A stretch of 62,568 bases of DNA. Source: Lysobacter sp. (lineage in GTDB: Bacteria; Pseudomonadota; Gammaproteobacteria; Xanthomonadales; Xanthomonadaceae). Positions 1-9,230 of this stretch are shown here, in pieces. Position 1 is the first letter of the stretch. Every line of letters begins with the position of its first letter. The position numbers were made by a program, and so were the translations under genes. The stretch spans positions 1-62,568 of the forward strand of contig DATDBD010000149.1 of the NCBI GenBank assembly GCA_036525015.1, written 5' to 3'. The notes under the pieces are model-generated. The model was not told the DNA's origin and made no database searches. It saw only the letters and a program-made list of their open reading frames with translations.

Positions 1-49
1 GTCTTTTCCTGTTCGGCGCGTCCTGGTCGGCGCGATACGCGCAGCCAAG

Positions 50-76
50 CTGGATCCCCACCTTTGCGGGGATGAC
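50..76. repeat. REP-like palindrome (family A: CTGGATCCCC..GGGGATGAC)
   Basis: CTGGATCCCCACCTTTGCGGGGATGAC hairpin just downstream of rlmD; related copies at 36165-36191 and 36229-36255. Confidence 0.7.
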
Positions 77-83
77 GCGAGCG

Positions 84-1412
84 CTACTGCTCGAACATCG
101 CGATCGATTCCACGTGCGCGGTATGCGGGAACATGTCCATCACGCCTGCCGCCCGCAGCTTCCAGCCACGCTCGTTGACCAGGAAGCCTGCATCGCGCGC
201 CAGCGACGCTGGATGGCAGCTGACATACACGATGCGCTTGAACTGTTTGAGCGGCAGCTGCGCGAGCACGACATCGGCGCCCGAACGCGGAGGGTCGAGC
301 AACAGTTTGTCGAAGCCCTCCTTCATCCACCACTCGCTGCTGAGATCCTTGGCCAGGTCGGCGGCATGGAAGTCGGCATTGGCGATGCCGTTGTGGGCGG
401 CATTGTCGCGGGCGCGCCGCACCAGACCCGCCTCGCCTTCCACGCCCACCACCTCGCGTACGCGACGCGCCAGCGGCAGGGTGAAGTTGCCAAGGCCGGC
501 GAACAGGTCGAGCACGCGCTCGTCGGGCTGCGCATCGAGCAGCGTGATGGCGTGCTCGATCATCTTGCCGTTGAGGCCGGCGTTGACCTGGATGAAGTCG
601 AGCGGGCGGAACAGGAACTCGAGGTTCCACTGTGGCAGCGAGAACGCCAGCTTCGGTGCTTCCGGCCACAACGGATGCACGCTGTCGACGCCGCCGGGCT
701 GCAGGAAGATGGCGAAGCCGTGTTCCTTGCCGAAGGCGACGATGGCGTCCTTGTCGGCATCCGACAGCGGCACCAGATGGCGGATTGTCAGGGCGATGCC
801 GGAATACTCGGGCATCGGATCGCCGGCGATGAACTCGATCTGCGGGATGTCGCGGCGCGCCTGCAGTCCGTCGACCAGTTGCGCGAGTGCGCCGATCTTC
901 TCGCCGATCTGCGGGATCACCGTGTGGCACTCGCGCAGGTCGGCGACGAAGCGCGGATCGGTCTCGCGGAAACCGACCAGGGTCTTGTCTTTCTTCTCCA
1001 CGCGGCGCACCGAGAAACGGCCTTTGCGGCGATAGCCCCACGAGGCATCGGTCAGCGGCGCGAGCACGCGCTCCGGCGTCACATGGCCGATGCGCTCGAA
1101 GTTCTCCATCAGCACGCGCTGCTTGGCCAGGATCTGCTTGTCCTCGGCGTAATGCTGCAAGGCGCAGCCGCTGCAGGTGCCGAAGTGCGGGCAGCGCGGC
1201 GTGACGCGTTCCGGGGCGGCCTGCAGCACTTCGACGGTCTTGGCCTCGTCGAAACTACGGTGGCGGCCAGTCTGGGAGGCCATGACGCGCTCGCCCGGCA
1301 AGGCGCCGGCGACGAAGACCGCCTTTCCATCCGGGCGGCGGGCGACACCGCGGCCATCGTGGGTCAGGTTGGTGATTTCAACTTCAAAGGGGGTCTGGTC
1401 GATGCGGGCCAC
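84..1412 (-). CDS. rlmD: 23S rRNA (uracil-1939-C5)-methyltransferase RlmD
   Basis: N-terminal TRAM domain, 4Fe-4S motif CPHFGTCSGC...C, SAM motif LDLFAGLGNF, LDPPRSG, catalytic YVSCHP, DMFPHTAHVE; GTG start. Confidence 0.96.
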   Translation of the reverse strand: MARIDQTPFEVEITNLTHDGRGVARRPDGKAVFVAGALPGERVMASQTGRHRSFDEAKTVEVLQAAPERVTPRCPHFGTCSGCALQHYAEDKQILAKQRVLMENFERIGHVTPERVLAPLTDASWGYRRKGRFSVRRVEKKDKTLVGFRETDPRFVADLRECHTVIPQIGEKIGALAQLVDGLQARRDIPQIEFIAGDPMPEYSGIALTIRHLVPLSDADKDAIVAFGKEHGFAIFLQPGGVDSVHPLWPEAPKLAFSLPQWNLEFLFRPLDFIQVNAGLNGKMIEHAITLLDAQPDERVLDLFAGLGNFTLPLARRVREVVGVEGEAGLVRRARDNAAHNGIANADFHAADLAKDLSSEWWMKEGFDKLLLDPPRSGADVVLAQLPLKQFKRIVYVSCHPASLARDAGFLVNERGWKLRAAGVMDMFPHTAHVESIAMFEQ

Positions 1413-1466
1413 AAGCGGGGGTGTGAAACGGGGGGCGGCTATTGTCGCAGATGCCCGACGCTGCCG

Positions 1467-1505
1467 GCCCTCAGCCCAACCCTCTCCCGCAGGCGGGAGA
1501 GGGGC
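1467..1505 (+). repeat. REP-like palindrome (family B, CCCTCTCCCGC-AG-GCGGGAGAGGG)
   Basis: Hairpin CCCTCTCCCGCAGGCGGGAGAGGG; similar hairpin at 7081-7102. Confidence 0.7.
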
Positions 1506-1594
1506 TCAGTGCGCCGACGCGTGCAGATCCCTTGTGCCGCCGAGAAATGCCAGCTCCTTGGGTAGCCCCTTGTCCTGCTGAGGCATCCCTAACC

Positions 1595-1631
1595 CCTGAG
1601 CTTGTCGAAGGTGCCCGAAGGGCGGATGAGG
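1595..1631 (-). repeat. REP-like element CCTCATCCGCCCTTCGGGCACCTTCGACAAGCTCAGG
   Basis: Reverse complement resembles 7038-7073 and 38985-39000. Confidence 0.7.
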
Positions 1632-1695
1632 CCGCTCTTGCCCGAAAACGACAACGGCCCGCCGACGCGGGCCGTCGAACGTTCTCGGACGAGGC

Positions 1696-2295
1696 TTACT
1701 TCTGCCGCCAGCCACCGCCCGCATCCTGTACCCACCACCCCGGACGCGCGCTGTCGATCCACTGACGCGCGAACACCGCGCGGATCTGCTGCTCCCATTC
1801 CGGATGGTTGTTGGCCACCGCGATCTCGCGATAGACCGCCTTGGCGTCGCGCCCCTGGTCGGCCACGGCCTGGTTGACGGCCACGCGCTGCGGCAGCGGG
1901 ATCTGGTTGGCGTCGCGCACGCTGATCGTGCCGTCGTTGGCGAAACCGAGCGCGCCGGAATCGAAATGCGCACGCAGCTGGCTGTCGAAACGCGAGGCCA
2001 TGCGCGACTGGATCGCCTGGATCGCCGGCGTCTTGATCGTGATGTCGGGCTGCTCCTGCGCGTAGGCGCTGCCGATACCGACCAGCGACAGCCAGTCGAA
2101 CTGGGGCCCCAACGAAGCACTCTGACCACCGGGCTTGTTCTCCTTCACCGGCTCCCGGGGCTGCGCCTCGTCGCCGATGACCTTCTCGACGAATTCCTTC
2201 GCGGCTTCCTTCGCTTCCGCGGCCGGGAAGTACACGTTGATCGTCACGCACGCGGTCAGCATCAACGCGACCGGAACCCCCATCCAACGACGCAT
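1696..2295 (-). CDS. YdbL/DUF1318-family lipoprotein
   Basis: Lipobox LTAC followed by VTINVYFP; C-terminal half (GALGFANDG..AVYREIA..W.DSARPGWWVQDAGGGWRQK) resembles YdbL; AGGAG RBS upstream. Confidence 0.8.
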   Translation of the reverse strand: MRRWMGVPVALMLTACVTINVYFPAAEAKEAAKEFVEKVIGDEAQPREPVKENKPGGQSASLGPQFDWLSLVGIGSAYAQEQPDITIKTPAIQAIQSRMASRFDSQLRAHFDSGALGFANDGTISVRDANQIPLPQRVAVNQAVADQGRDAKAVYREIAVANNHPEWEQQIRAVFARQWIDSARPGWWVQDAGGGWRQK

Positions 2296-2401
2296 GTCCT
2301 TTCTCCTGGATCCTGCCAGCGCAGGCGACGGCCAGCGCAGACGTGTATTGATTAGCGTGGATAACTTACCCGAACTGTCGCACGAACTGTCGCACGAACA
2401 C

Positions 2402-4492
2402 TCATTCGAATACCGGCTTCACGTCACCCTTGCCGGCCGCCTCCAGGCGCTCCAGCAACGTCGGCCAATCGACGCGCCGGTTGAAGCCGACCACCGACAG
2501 CCTGGGCACCCCCGAACCTTCGACGATAATGAAACCCGGACCGGCTGAACCCAACCCGTCCATTTCGCAGATCTCATCATTCAATCGGCAGCGGATGCCG
2601 ATGCGGCGATAGCCGAAGTCGTCGAACACCCCGAGCAACTGCGACTGCAGGCTGGTCATGAACGATGCGTCGCTGACGCTGGACAGGTCCTGCACGGCGC
2701 GCTGGCTGATGCGCTGGCGCACATCTCGTGCCCTGGCAGCGGCGCGATCGGTGTGCAGTTCGGCATCGAATGCGACCGGCTGCCAGTCCAGCAGGCGCAT
2801 GTGCTGGATCGAACCGTCGAGCTTGCCGCTGATGGCACCGAATCCGAACACGCCGGTCAGCGCCTCCAGGTCGAGGTCGTTGAAGGCGATGTCGGCCGAC
2901 AGTGTCGGCGCCACGCCGAACGGCCGCTCCATCGCCAGCGACGACACCTGCACCGTTCCGCCGAACAATTCGACCGAAAGCCCGCCTTGGAATTCCAGCC
3001 GATCGTCGGCATAGCGGGCTTCGGGGATATGACCGGTGAGCTCTCCTGTGAAAGCCGGCCACCCCAGCGCCGCGGAAAGCGCGCCCATGTCGAGCCGTTC
3101 GAGTTCCAGGCCGAAGCGGATATCCAGCCCCTGCCCGCCGGAGGGCGGGCGCAGTTGCAGATGGTCGATGGCGGCTTGCCCGCCGAGCATCGGCACGGCG
3201 ACGGCCTCGCGCAGGCTCAGCACGCCGTCACTGCTACGGAACGGGAGGCGCGCCTGGCCGAAGGACAACCCATGCAGCGCGCCGCCCAGCCAGCGCAGTT
3301 CGCTGTCGATGGCGGGCGAGGAGACGCCGGAGGAAAAGCGCACATCGCCTTCGAGGCCTTCGAAGCGGAAGCGTCCCTGCGGATCGTCGATGGCCACGGC
3401 GTGCGCAACGAAGTCGGCTTCGTGCAGCACGCTATCTTCGAAGCGCACGCGCACATCCGCAGCGCCGCGCAGTTGCAGGTCGGCCAACCCTGCCAGGCCA
3501 AGGAAGCCGGTCAAATAGCCCTCGCGCAACGGCGCCAGGTCCTGACTGCGCGCCCGCAGGTCGAGTGCCTGCAGCGATGCATCCGGCGTCATGGCGGCGC
3601 TGCCTTCGACGGCCAGGATGCCATCGTCTTGCCAGCGCAATCGCGGGAATTGCCAGCCGCCATCCACGCGCTGCACGGCATCCACGGTCACGGCGACGGA
3701 CCGCCGCTGCAAGGCGAGATAGGCATTGCCGAACAGCATGTCGCCGCCCAGCAGATGGCCATCGAGTTGGACGCGCATGGTCTCGCCGATCACAGCATCC
3801 ACCTGTGCCTGCGCCGCCACGTTCTCGCCTGCGATGGTTCCGTCGGGCGTTTCGAACGCGACCCCTCGCAGATGGACGGGTCCCGCAACGCGCATCGGCG
3901 CCCGGGAGGGCGCATCCACGGTGAGCGTGCCATCAATCGTGCCGCTCTTCACCCGCCCCTGTTCCCAAGCCTGGGCCAACAACGCCTGCGCCCATAGCAG
4001 GGGAACGCGGGTGAGATCGATGCGCGTGAGGTCTGGCGCGGCCGCATCGCGATGCAGGGCCAGCGCGCTGTCGCGTCGCCCGATGCGCGCGTCGGTACGG
4101 GTTTCATCGAGATCGATCGCCAAGCGCAGCGGCGCCGAACGGCCTGCGCGCACTTCGCCATCGCATCTCCATCTCGCGCCCTGGCGCACCAACGGGCATT
4201 GCCAGGCCAGGTCGCGGAACCGGTAGCCGAGCTCTGGAGCATCGACACGGACCGCCTGCACACGCAGCAGGCCTTGCGAGGCCTGCGCGGGCCAGTCGAG
4301 CTGCACGCGAACGTCCTCCAGCACAGCCACGGCCGTGGTCACCCTGGCCATCCGCGCCTGCACCGTGCGCGCGGTCGCCTCGCCGCCGAACAGCCACGCA
4401 GCGGCGAGCAAGCACGCGATCAGCCAGCGCACGGTGTGCGCGCTTGGGATCGGCATGCCCGAAGGCGGCAGGCGTAACATCGGATGCGGCAT
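2402..4492 (-). CDS. YdbH-like (AsmA-like) intermembrane beta-rich protein
   Basis: N-terminal hydrophobic segment, long beta-strand-rich body, upstream of a ydbL-like gene; start uncertain (4492, 4480 or 4456). Confidence 0.65.
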   Translation of the reverse strand: MPHPMLRLPPSGMPIPSAHTVRWLIACLLAAAWLFGGEATARTVQARMARVTTAVAVLEDVRVQLDWPAQASQGLLRVQAVRVDAPELGYRFRDLAWQCPLVRQGARWRCDGEVRAGRSAPLRLAIDLDETRTDARIGRRDSALALHRDAAAPDLTRIDLTRVPLLWAQALLAQAWEQGRVKSGTIDGTLTVDAPSRAPMRVAGPVHLRGVAFETPDGTIAGENVAAQAQVDAVIGETMRVQLDGHLLGGDMLFGNAYLALQRRSVAVTVDAVQRVDGGWQFPRLRWQDDGILAVEGSAAMTPDASLQALDLRARSQDLAPLREGYLTGFLGLAGLADLQLRGAADVRVRFEDSVLHEADFVAHAVAIDDPQGRFRFEGLEGDVRFSSGVSSPAIDSELRWLGGALHGLSFGQARLPFRSSDGVLSLREAVAVPMLGGQAAIDHLQLRPPSGGQGLDIRFGLELERLDMGALSAALGWPAFTGELTGHIPEARYADDRLEFQGGLSVELFGGTVQVSSLAMERPFGVAPTLSADIAFNDLDLEALTGVFGFGAISGKLDGSIQHMRLLDWQPVAFDAELHTDRAAARARDVRQRISQRAVQDLSSVSDASFMTSLQSQLLGVFDDFGYRRIGIRCRLNDEICEMDGLGSAGPGFIIVEGSGVPRLSVVGFNRRVDWPTLLERLEAAGKGDVKPVFE

Positions 4493-4541
4493 TGAGGCAG
4501 CATAACGTCCATGACGTTTCACGATTGAGCACCGGGTACCG

Positions 4542-5288
4542 ATGACGCCAGACGAACTGCCGCGCATCCTGCTGGTCGAGGACGACCCGACCAGCCGCTG
4601 GTTTTTGACCGCCGCGTTGCGCGCGCTGCCGGCCGAGGTCGATGCCGCCGACTGCCTGGCCGCCGCGACCGCACTCGCCTCGACCCAGGACTACGCCTTG
4701 TGGATGATCGACGCCCGACTGCCGGACGGCAGCGGCGCCGATCTGCTCGCGCGCCTGCGCACACGCTGGCCGCACACGCCGGCTCTTGCCCATACCGCGG
4801 CGAACGAATCCTCCGCGCTCGACGAACTGCTGGTCGCAGGATTCCTCGAGGCGCTGGTCAAGCCCTTGCCCGCCACAACGGTGCAGGCAGCGGTGCGACG
4901 CGCGCTTGGAATGCAGGCCGGCGCAGAAGCCTCCGGATCGGCCGCTTACGGCCGCAAACTGCCGGTATGGGATGACGAATCGGCGATCCGTGCGCTCAAC
5001 GGCAACCGAGCCCACGTCGATACGCTGCGCGAACTGTTTGCGCAGGAATTGCCCAAGTGCCTGCAGGCCGTCACGACCGCGGCGTCGCAGGGCGATACCT
5101 CGTCGATTGGCGCGGAACTGCATCGCCTTCGCGCCAGTTGCGGCTTCGTCGGCGCGGCCCGGCTGGGCGCGGCCGTGCAGGCATTGCAGCATGCTCCGTC
5201 GTCGCCGCTTCTGTTATCCGTCTTCGAGCAAGCGGCGCAGGACACGCTGTCGCAACCGTCAGCGACTCAATCGCCGCTATCGGACTGA
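4542..5288 (+). CDS. Response regulator receiver + HPt domain protein
   Basis: [18 protein letters not shown] (phospho-Asp), HTA, LVKP receiver motifs; C-terminal [14 protein letters not shown] HPt motif. Confidence 0.88.
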   Translation: MTPDELPRILLVEDDPTSRWFLTAALRALPAEVDAADCLAAATALASTQDYALWMIDARLPDGSGADLLARLRTRWPHTPALAHTAANESSALDELLVAGFLEALVKPLPATTVQAAVRRALGMQAGAEASGSAAYGRKLPVWDDESAIRALNGNRAHVDTLRELFAQELPKCLQAVTTAASQGDTSSIGAELHRLRASCGFVGAARLGAAVQALQHAPSSPLLLSVFEQAAQDTLSQPSATQSPLSD

Positions 5289-6025
5289 TCCGGCCGCGTG
5301 CGCGGTGCGACACGGCCCAGTTCCGACAACATCTCCCAGGATTTCAGTCCACGCGGCCCGAGGTGGTAGGACAGCACGCCACGCATGGCGCGACGCAATC
5401 CGGGCAGATCGTCGGCCTCGGGCTGTCGGTCGATTGCCAACGACAGCAGCGCGCGGCCAGTCGCGGCGCTGCTGCGGTCGCCGTGGCCGCGATCGCTCAA
5501 CACTCGACGCGGGCCATGTTCGGGATCCAGGCGATAACGCGCCGCCGGATCGATCGCCGCGCCGTCGCCATCGTGGGCCCAGTCGAAGCCGAAGCCGAGC
5601 GCCTCCAGCAGGTCGCGCTCGTAACGACGCAGCGTCCAGCCCAACGACTCGCCGGCACCGAGGCGAGAACGCGCCTGCCCATAGGCTTCGTACACCTCGG
5701 GCGCCGGATCCTGCCGCGGGGCCAGACGCAGGGTCAATTCATTGAGATAGAAGCCGGCCAGCATCGCCTCACCGCCCAGGCGCGGCGCGACGTCCTGCGC
5801 CTCGGCGGCGATCAGTCGCGCCATCTCGCCGGTCTGCACGGCATCGAAACGGATCCACTGCAATGGCTGCAGCGCCGCGCGCAGGGGCTGCCGTTTCGGA
5901 CCCTGGACGCCGCGGGCCACCAGGCCCAGGCGGCCATGTTCCGCGCTCAGCACTTCCACCAGCAGGCTGGTCTCGCGCCATGGGCGCGCGTGCAGGACGA
6001 ATGCGGGCTGGGCGACGTAGCGCAC
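5267..6025 (-). CDS. recO: DNA repair protein RecO
   Basis: [34 protein letters not shown]; follows era. Confidence 0.95.
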   Translation of the reverse strand: MRYVAQPAFVLHARPWRETSLLVEVLSAEHGRLGLVARGVQGPKRQPLRAALQPLQWIRFDAVQTGEMARLIAAEAQDVAPRLGGEAMLAGFYLNELTLRLAPRQDPAPEVYEAYGQARSRLGAGESLGWTLRRYERDLLEALGFGFDWAHDGDGAAIDPAARYRLDPEHGPRRVLSDRGHGDRSSAATGRALLSLAIDRQPEADDLPGLRRAMRGVLSYHLGPRGLKSWEMLSELGRVAPRTRPDQSDSGD

Positions 6026-6074
6026 TTCAACGAAGAAGCGGCAGCAAAGAGCGGCTTTTCATTCCCGCTCTTGT

Positions 6075-6983
6075 TTAGTCGTGATAACCGAAAGCGCGCA
6101 ACGCCGCTTCGTCGTCCGACCAGCCTTCGCGCACGCGCACCCAGGTTTCCAAAAACACCTTGCTGCCGAACAGCCGTTCCATCTGAATTCGCGCCTTGGC
6201 GCCGATCTCACGCAGCCGCTCGCCACCCTTGCCGATCACGATGGCTTTCTGCCCGTCGCGCTCGACCCAGATGACCGCACCGATGCGCAGCAACGCGCCA
6301 TCGACCTCGAACTTCTCGATCTCCACCGTGGTGGCGTAAGGCAGTTCCTCACCGAGCTGGCGCATCAGCTGTTCGCGCACCATCTCGCCGGCCAGGAAGC
6401 GCTGGCTCTTGTCGGTGATCTCGTCCTCGCCGTAAAGCGCGTCCTGCTCGGGCAGGCGCGGCAACACGGTCTTCACCAGCGCCTCCAGGCCCTTGCGCTT
6501 GAGCGCCGAGACCGGATGCACGCCGGCAAAATCGCGGCCTTCGCTGATCTTGGCCAGGTACGGCAACAGGACGGTCTTGTCCTTGAGGCGATCGATCTGG
6601 TTGACCACCAGAACCACCGGCAGCCCGGCACCATGCAGCGCCTGGTAGGCGAACGTATCGGCCTCATCCCATTGTCCTGCGCGCACCACCAGCAGGGCCA
6701 CGTCGACGCCTTCCAGCGCACCGCGAGCAGCACGGTTCATCCAGCGGTGCATGGCGGTGGCGGTCGACTTGCCTTGGTCGCGATGCAGTCCCGGGGTATC
6801 GACAAGCACCAGTTGCCCTTCCGGGAAGGTGGCGATGCCGAGCAGGCGGTGACGAGTGGTCTGGGGGCGTGGCGAGACGATGCTGACCTTGGCGCCCACC
6901 AGGGCGTTGACCAGGGTGGACTTGCCGACGTTGGGACGGCCGATGACGGCGACGTGGCCGGCGCGATGTGCGGGGGTATTCAT
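6075..6983 (-). CDS. era: GTPase Era
   Basis: [19 protein letters not shown] domain VIGKGG; G4 motif reads NQID. Confidence 0.97.
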   Translation of the reverse strand: MNTPAHRAGHVAVIGRPNVGKSTLVNALVGAKVSIVSPRPQTTRHRLLGIATFPEGQLVLVDTPGLHRDQGKSTATAMHRWMNRAARGALEGVDVALLVVRAGQWDEADTFAYQALHGAGLPVVLVVNQIDRLKDKTVLLPYLAKISEGRDFAGVHPVSALKRKGLEALVKTVLPRLPEQDALYGEDEITDKSQRFLAGEMVREQLMRQLGEELPYATTVEIEKFEVDGALLRIGAVIWVERDGQKAIVIGKGGERLREIGAKARIQMERLFGSKVFLETWVRVREGWSDDEAALRAFGYHD

Positions 6984-6989
6984 GCGGGG

Positions 6990-7018
6990 ATTGTCCGCGT
7001 GCGCGGGGTTGAGGGCAA
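6990..7018 (-). promoter_or_regulatory. Putative sigma70 promoter giving a leaderless era mRNA
   Basis: TTGCCC-N17-GACAAT-N6-ATG on the minus strand, no SD. Confidence 0.5.
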
Positions 7019-7037
7019 ACGGTGAAAGGCCGAAGCG

Positions 7038-7102
7038 CCCTCATCCGCCCTCCAGACACCCGACAAGCTCAGGGCAAGTCTTCTCCCGCCAGCGGGAGAG
7101 GG
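7038..7102 (+). repeat. Composite REP-like element between rnc and era
   Basis: CCCTCATCCGCCCTCCAGACAC + CCGACAAGCTCAGGGCAAGT + CTTCTCCCGCCAGCGGGAGAGGG. Confidence 0.7.
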
Positions 7103-7173
7103 AATCAACGGAAGCCTTGATGTACTTCTCTCTGCGAGGCGACAGCATCAAACCTTCGGCAGTGAGTCCGGGT

Positions 7174-7836
7174 TCAATCCTGCACCTTGAGCTGCTCCAG
7201 CGCGGCCTCGGCGGCGAGCTGTTCGGCCGCCCTGCGCGATCCTGCGGTGCCTTCGGTCACCAGCGGCGGCTGCGACAACGTGCAGGTGACCTGGAAGGTC
7301 TTGGCATGATCCTCGCCGCTTTCGGCCAGCAAGGCATAGACGGGAAGCGGCTTTTGCCGGGCCTGCAGCCATTCCTGCAGTCGGGTCTTGGCGTCCTTGC
7401 CGACCTTGTGCGGCGGCGGCAACGCGGCGATGGCCTCCTCGAACCACGGCAGCACCACGGCACGACAGGCCTCGAAGCCGGCATCCAGGTAGATCGCCGC
7501 GACCACGGCCTCCAGTGCATCGGCCAGGATCGAATCGCGGCGATGACCGCCGGACTTCATTTCGCCGGGACCGAGCGTGAGCCGTGAGCCGAGCTCCAGG
7601 GTGCGCGCGATGGGCGCCAGTGCGGACTCGCGCACCAGCTCGGCGCGGGCGCGGGTCAGCGCGCCCTCGTCGGCCTGGGGCCAGTGCATATACAGCGTTT
7701 CGGCGACGATCAGGTTGACCAGCGCGTCGCCGAGGAACTCGAGGCGCTCATTGTGGGGCGCCCCGGCGCTTCTGTGGGTCAGCGCCTGCGCAAGCAGGTC
7801 CGCCCGCGCAAAACGATGGGTGATGCGATCAGTCAA
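7174..7836 (-). CDS. rnc: Ribonuclease III
   Basis: [16 protein letters not shown] signature, ADALEA, C-terminal dsRBD; TTG start overlapping the upstream stop. Confidence 0.96.
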   Translation of the reverse strand: MTDRITHRFARADLLAQALTHRSAGAPHNERLEFLGDALVNLIVAETLYMHWPQADEGALTRARAELVRESALAPIARTLELGSRLTLGPGEMKSGGHRRDSILADALEAVVAAIYLDAGFEACRAVVLPWFEEAIAALPPPHKVGKDAKTRLQEWLQARQKPLPVYALLAESGEDHAKTFQVTCTLSQPPLVTEGTAGSRRAAEQLAAEAALEQLKVQD

Positions 7837-8209
7837 CGCTACCGCCGCGACGTAGTTCCTTCACCGCATTGAACCTGCCGACCACATCGAGGTTGGCGAT
7901 CAGCGGCTTGCGGACTTCGTAGTCGACGGTGATCACGTAGCCTGCGTCCTTGCGCTGGACCTTCATGTTCTCCGGCTTGATGTTGTCGGCGTAGCTGATG
8001 TACAGCCGGCGGAAGAACAGGTCCTTGATCTTGGCCGGATCCTTCTCGACGATTCCGGGCTCGGAAGCCAGGCCACTAAGTGCCTGCTTTACCGCGTAGT
8101 ACTCCGAGTACATCGGGATCGTCTTCATGCCCATGTAGACGAAAACGCCGATGACGGCGAGCACGATGATGAACCCGACCAGGGTCATACCGCTCTGCGA
8201 ACGCTTCAT
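7829..8209 (-). CDS. DUF4845 domain protein (pilin-like N-terminus)
   Basis: [17 protein letters not shown].. N-terminus; conserved position between lepB and rnc; GGGAG RBS. Confidence 0.85.
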   Translation of the reverse strand: MKRSQSGMTLVGFIIVLAVIGVFVYMGMKTIPMYSEYYAVKQALSGLASEPGIVEKDPAKIKDLFFRRLYISYADNIKPENMKVQRKDAGYVITVDYEVRKPLIANLDVVGRFNAVKELRRGGSVD

Positions 8210-8255
8210 TAGACCGCTCCCCTGCTTCCCCAAATTGATGACGGACCGCGCTTGA

Positions 8256-9041
8256 TTACGGAATGCTATTGCCGATCCGCGAACTGTCGATGCCCCCATC
8301 GAAGTTCATCCAGATCAAGAACGCCTTGCCGCGCAGGTTCTGCTCCGGCAGGTAGCCCCAGTATCGACTGTCCTCGCTATTATCGCGATTGTCACCCATC
8401 ACGAAATAGTGACCCGGCGGCACCACCCATTCGCCCTCTCCCTGATCGATAAACGGCAGGTCGGTGCGTTCCAGGACGTGGTGGCGGCGACCGTGCAGGT
8501 TCTCGACCAGCTCCTCGGCTCCGGTCATTTCCGCGCCATTGCCCTTGCCCTGGTAGGCGCCAAGCGTCTGGTAGGCGAGCGGCTGGCCATTCAGGAACAC
8601 CTGATTGTCGTGGTAGGCGACGCGGTCGCCCGGCAGCCCCACCACGCGCTTGATCCAGTCCTGGTCCGGATGGTGCGGCGGCTTGAACACCACCACGTCG
8701 CCGCGCTGCGGTTCGCCGATGGACACGACCTTCTTGTTGGTGATCGGCAGGCGCAAGCCGTAATGGAACTTGTTGACCAGGATGAAATCGCCGGTCAGCA
8801 GGGTCGGCATCATCGAGTTGGACGGAATCCGGAACGGCTCGGCAATGAAGCTGCGCAGGATCAGCACGATCGCCAGCACCGGGAAGAATGCCTTGGAGTA
8901 ATCGACGACGATTGGCTCCTTGCCCTCGTCGAGCAGCCCCTGTCGCGCGGCGCGGCGCTTGGCCAGCACCAGCTTGTCGAGCAGCCAGACCAGGCCGGTG
9001 AAGGCGGTCAGCAGTACCAATCCGATCTCAAACCAACGCAT
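8256..9041 (-). CDS. lepB: Signal peptidase I
   Basis: EPFRIPSNSMMPTL (Ser), WIKRVVGLPGD (Lys), GDNRDNSEDSRYWG; start trimmed to MRWF. Confidence 0.96.
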   Translation of the reverse strand: MRWFEIGLVLLTAFTGLVWLLDKLVLAKRRAARQGLLDEGKEPIVVDYSKAFFPVLAIVLILRSFIAEPFRIPSNSMMPTLLTGDFILVNKFHYGLRLPITNKKVVSIGEPQRGDVVVFKPPHHPDQDWIKRVVGLPGDRVAYHDNQVFLNGQPLAYQTLGAYQGKGNGAEMTGAEELVENLHGRRHHVLERTDLPFIDQGEGEWVVPPGHYFVMGDNRDNSEDSRYWGYLPEQNLRGKAFLIWMNFDGGIDSSRIGNSIP

Positions 9042-9068
9042 GCATGCCCCTCGGGAGAGCCTGAAAAA

Positions 9069-9226
9069 GGGAATCGGGAATCGGGAAACGGATGGAAAGC
9101 GGGTCCGCGCGGGCCGCTTCCCGGCCACCCGCGGTTGCGAGCATAGCGAGGGATCCGCCGCCCGTCATGGACAACAGGTCCCGCCAACGGGACGCCAGGC
9201 CTTGCAGATCCCGATTCCCCATCCCG
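9069..9226. repeat. Inverted GGGAATC heptamer arrays in the lepA-lepB spacer
   Basis: GGGAATC GGGAATC GGGAAAC at 9069-9089 and an inverted degenerate copy at 9207-9226. Confidence 0.6.
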
Positions 9227-9230
9227 ACGG

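Noticed and set aside
2356-2364. DnaA-box-like TTATCCACG on the minus strand
   Set aside because: A single one-mismatch copy with no box cluster or origin context.
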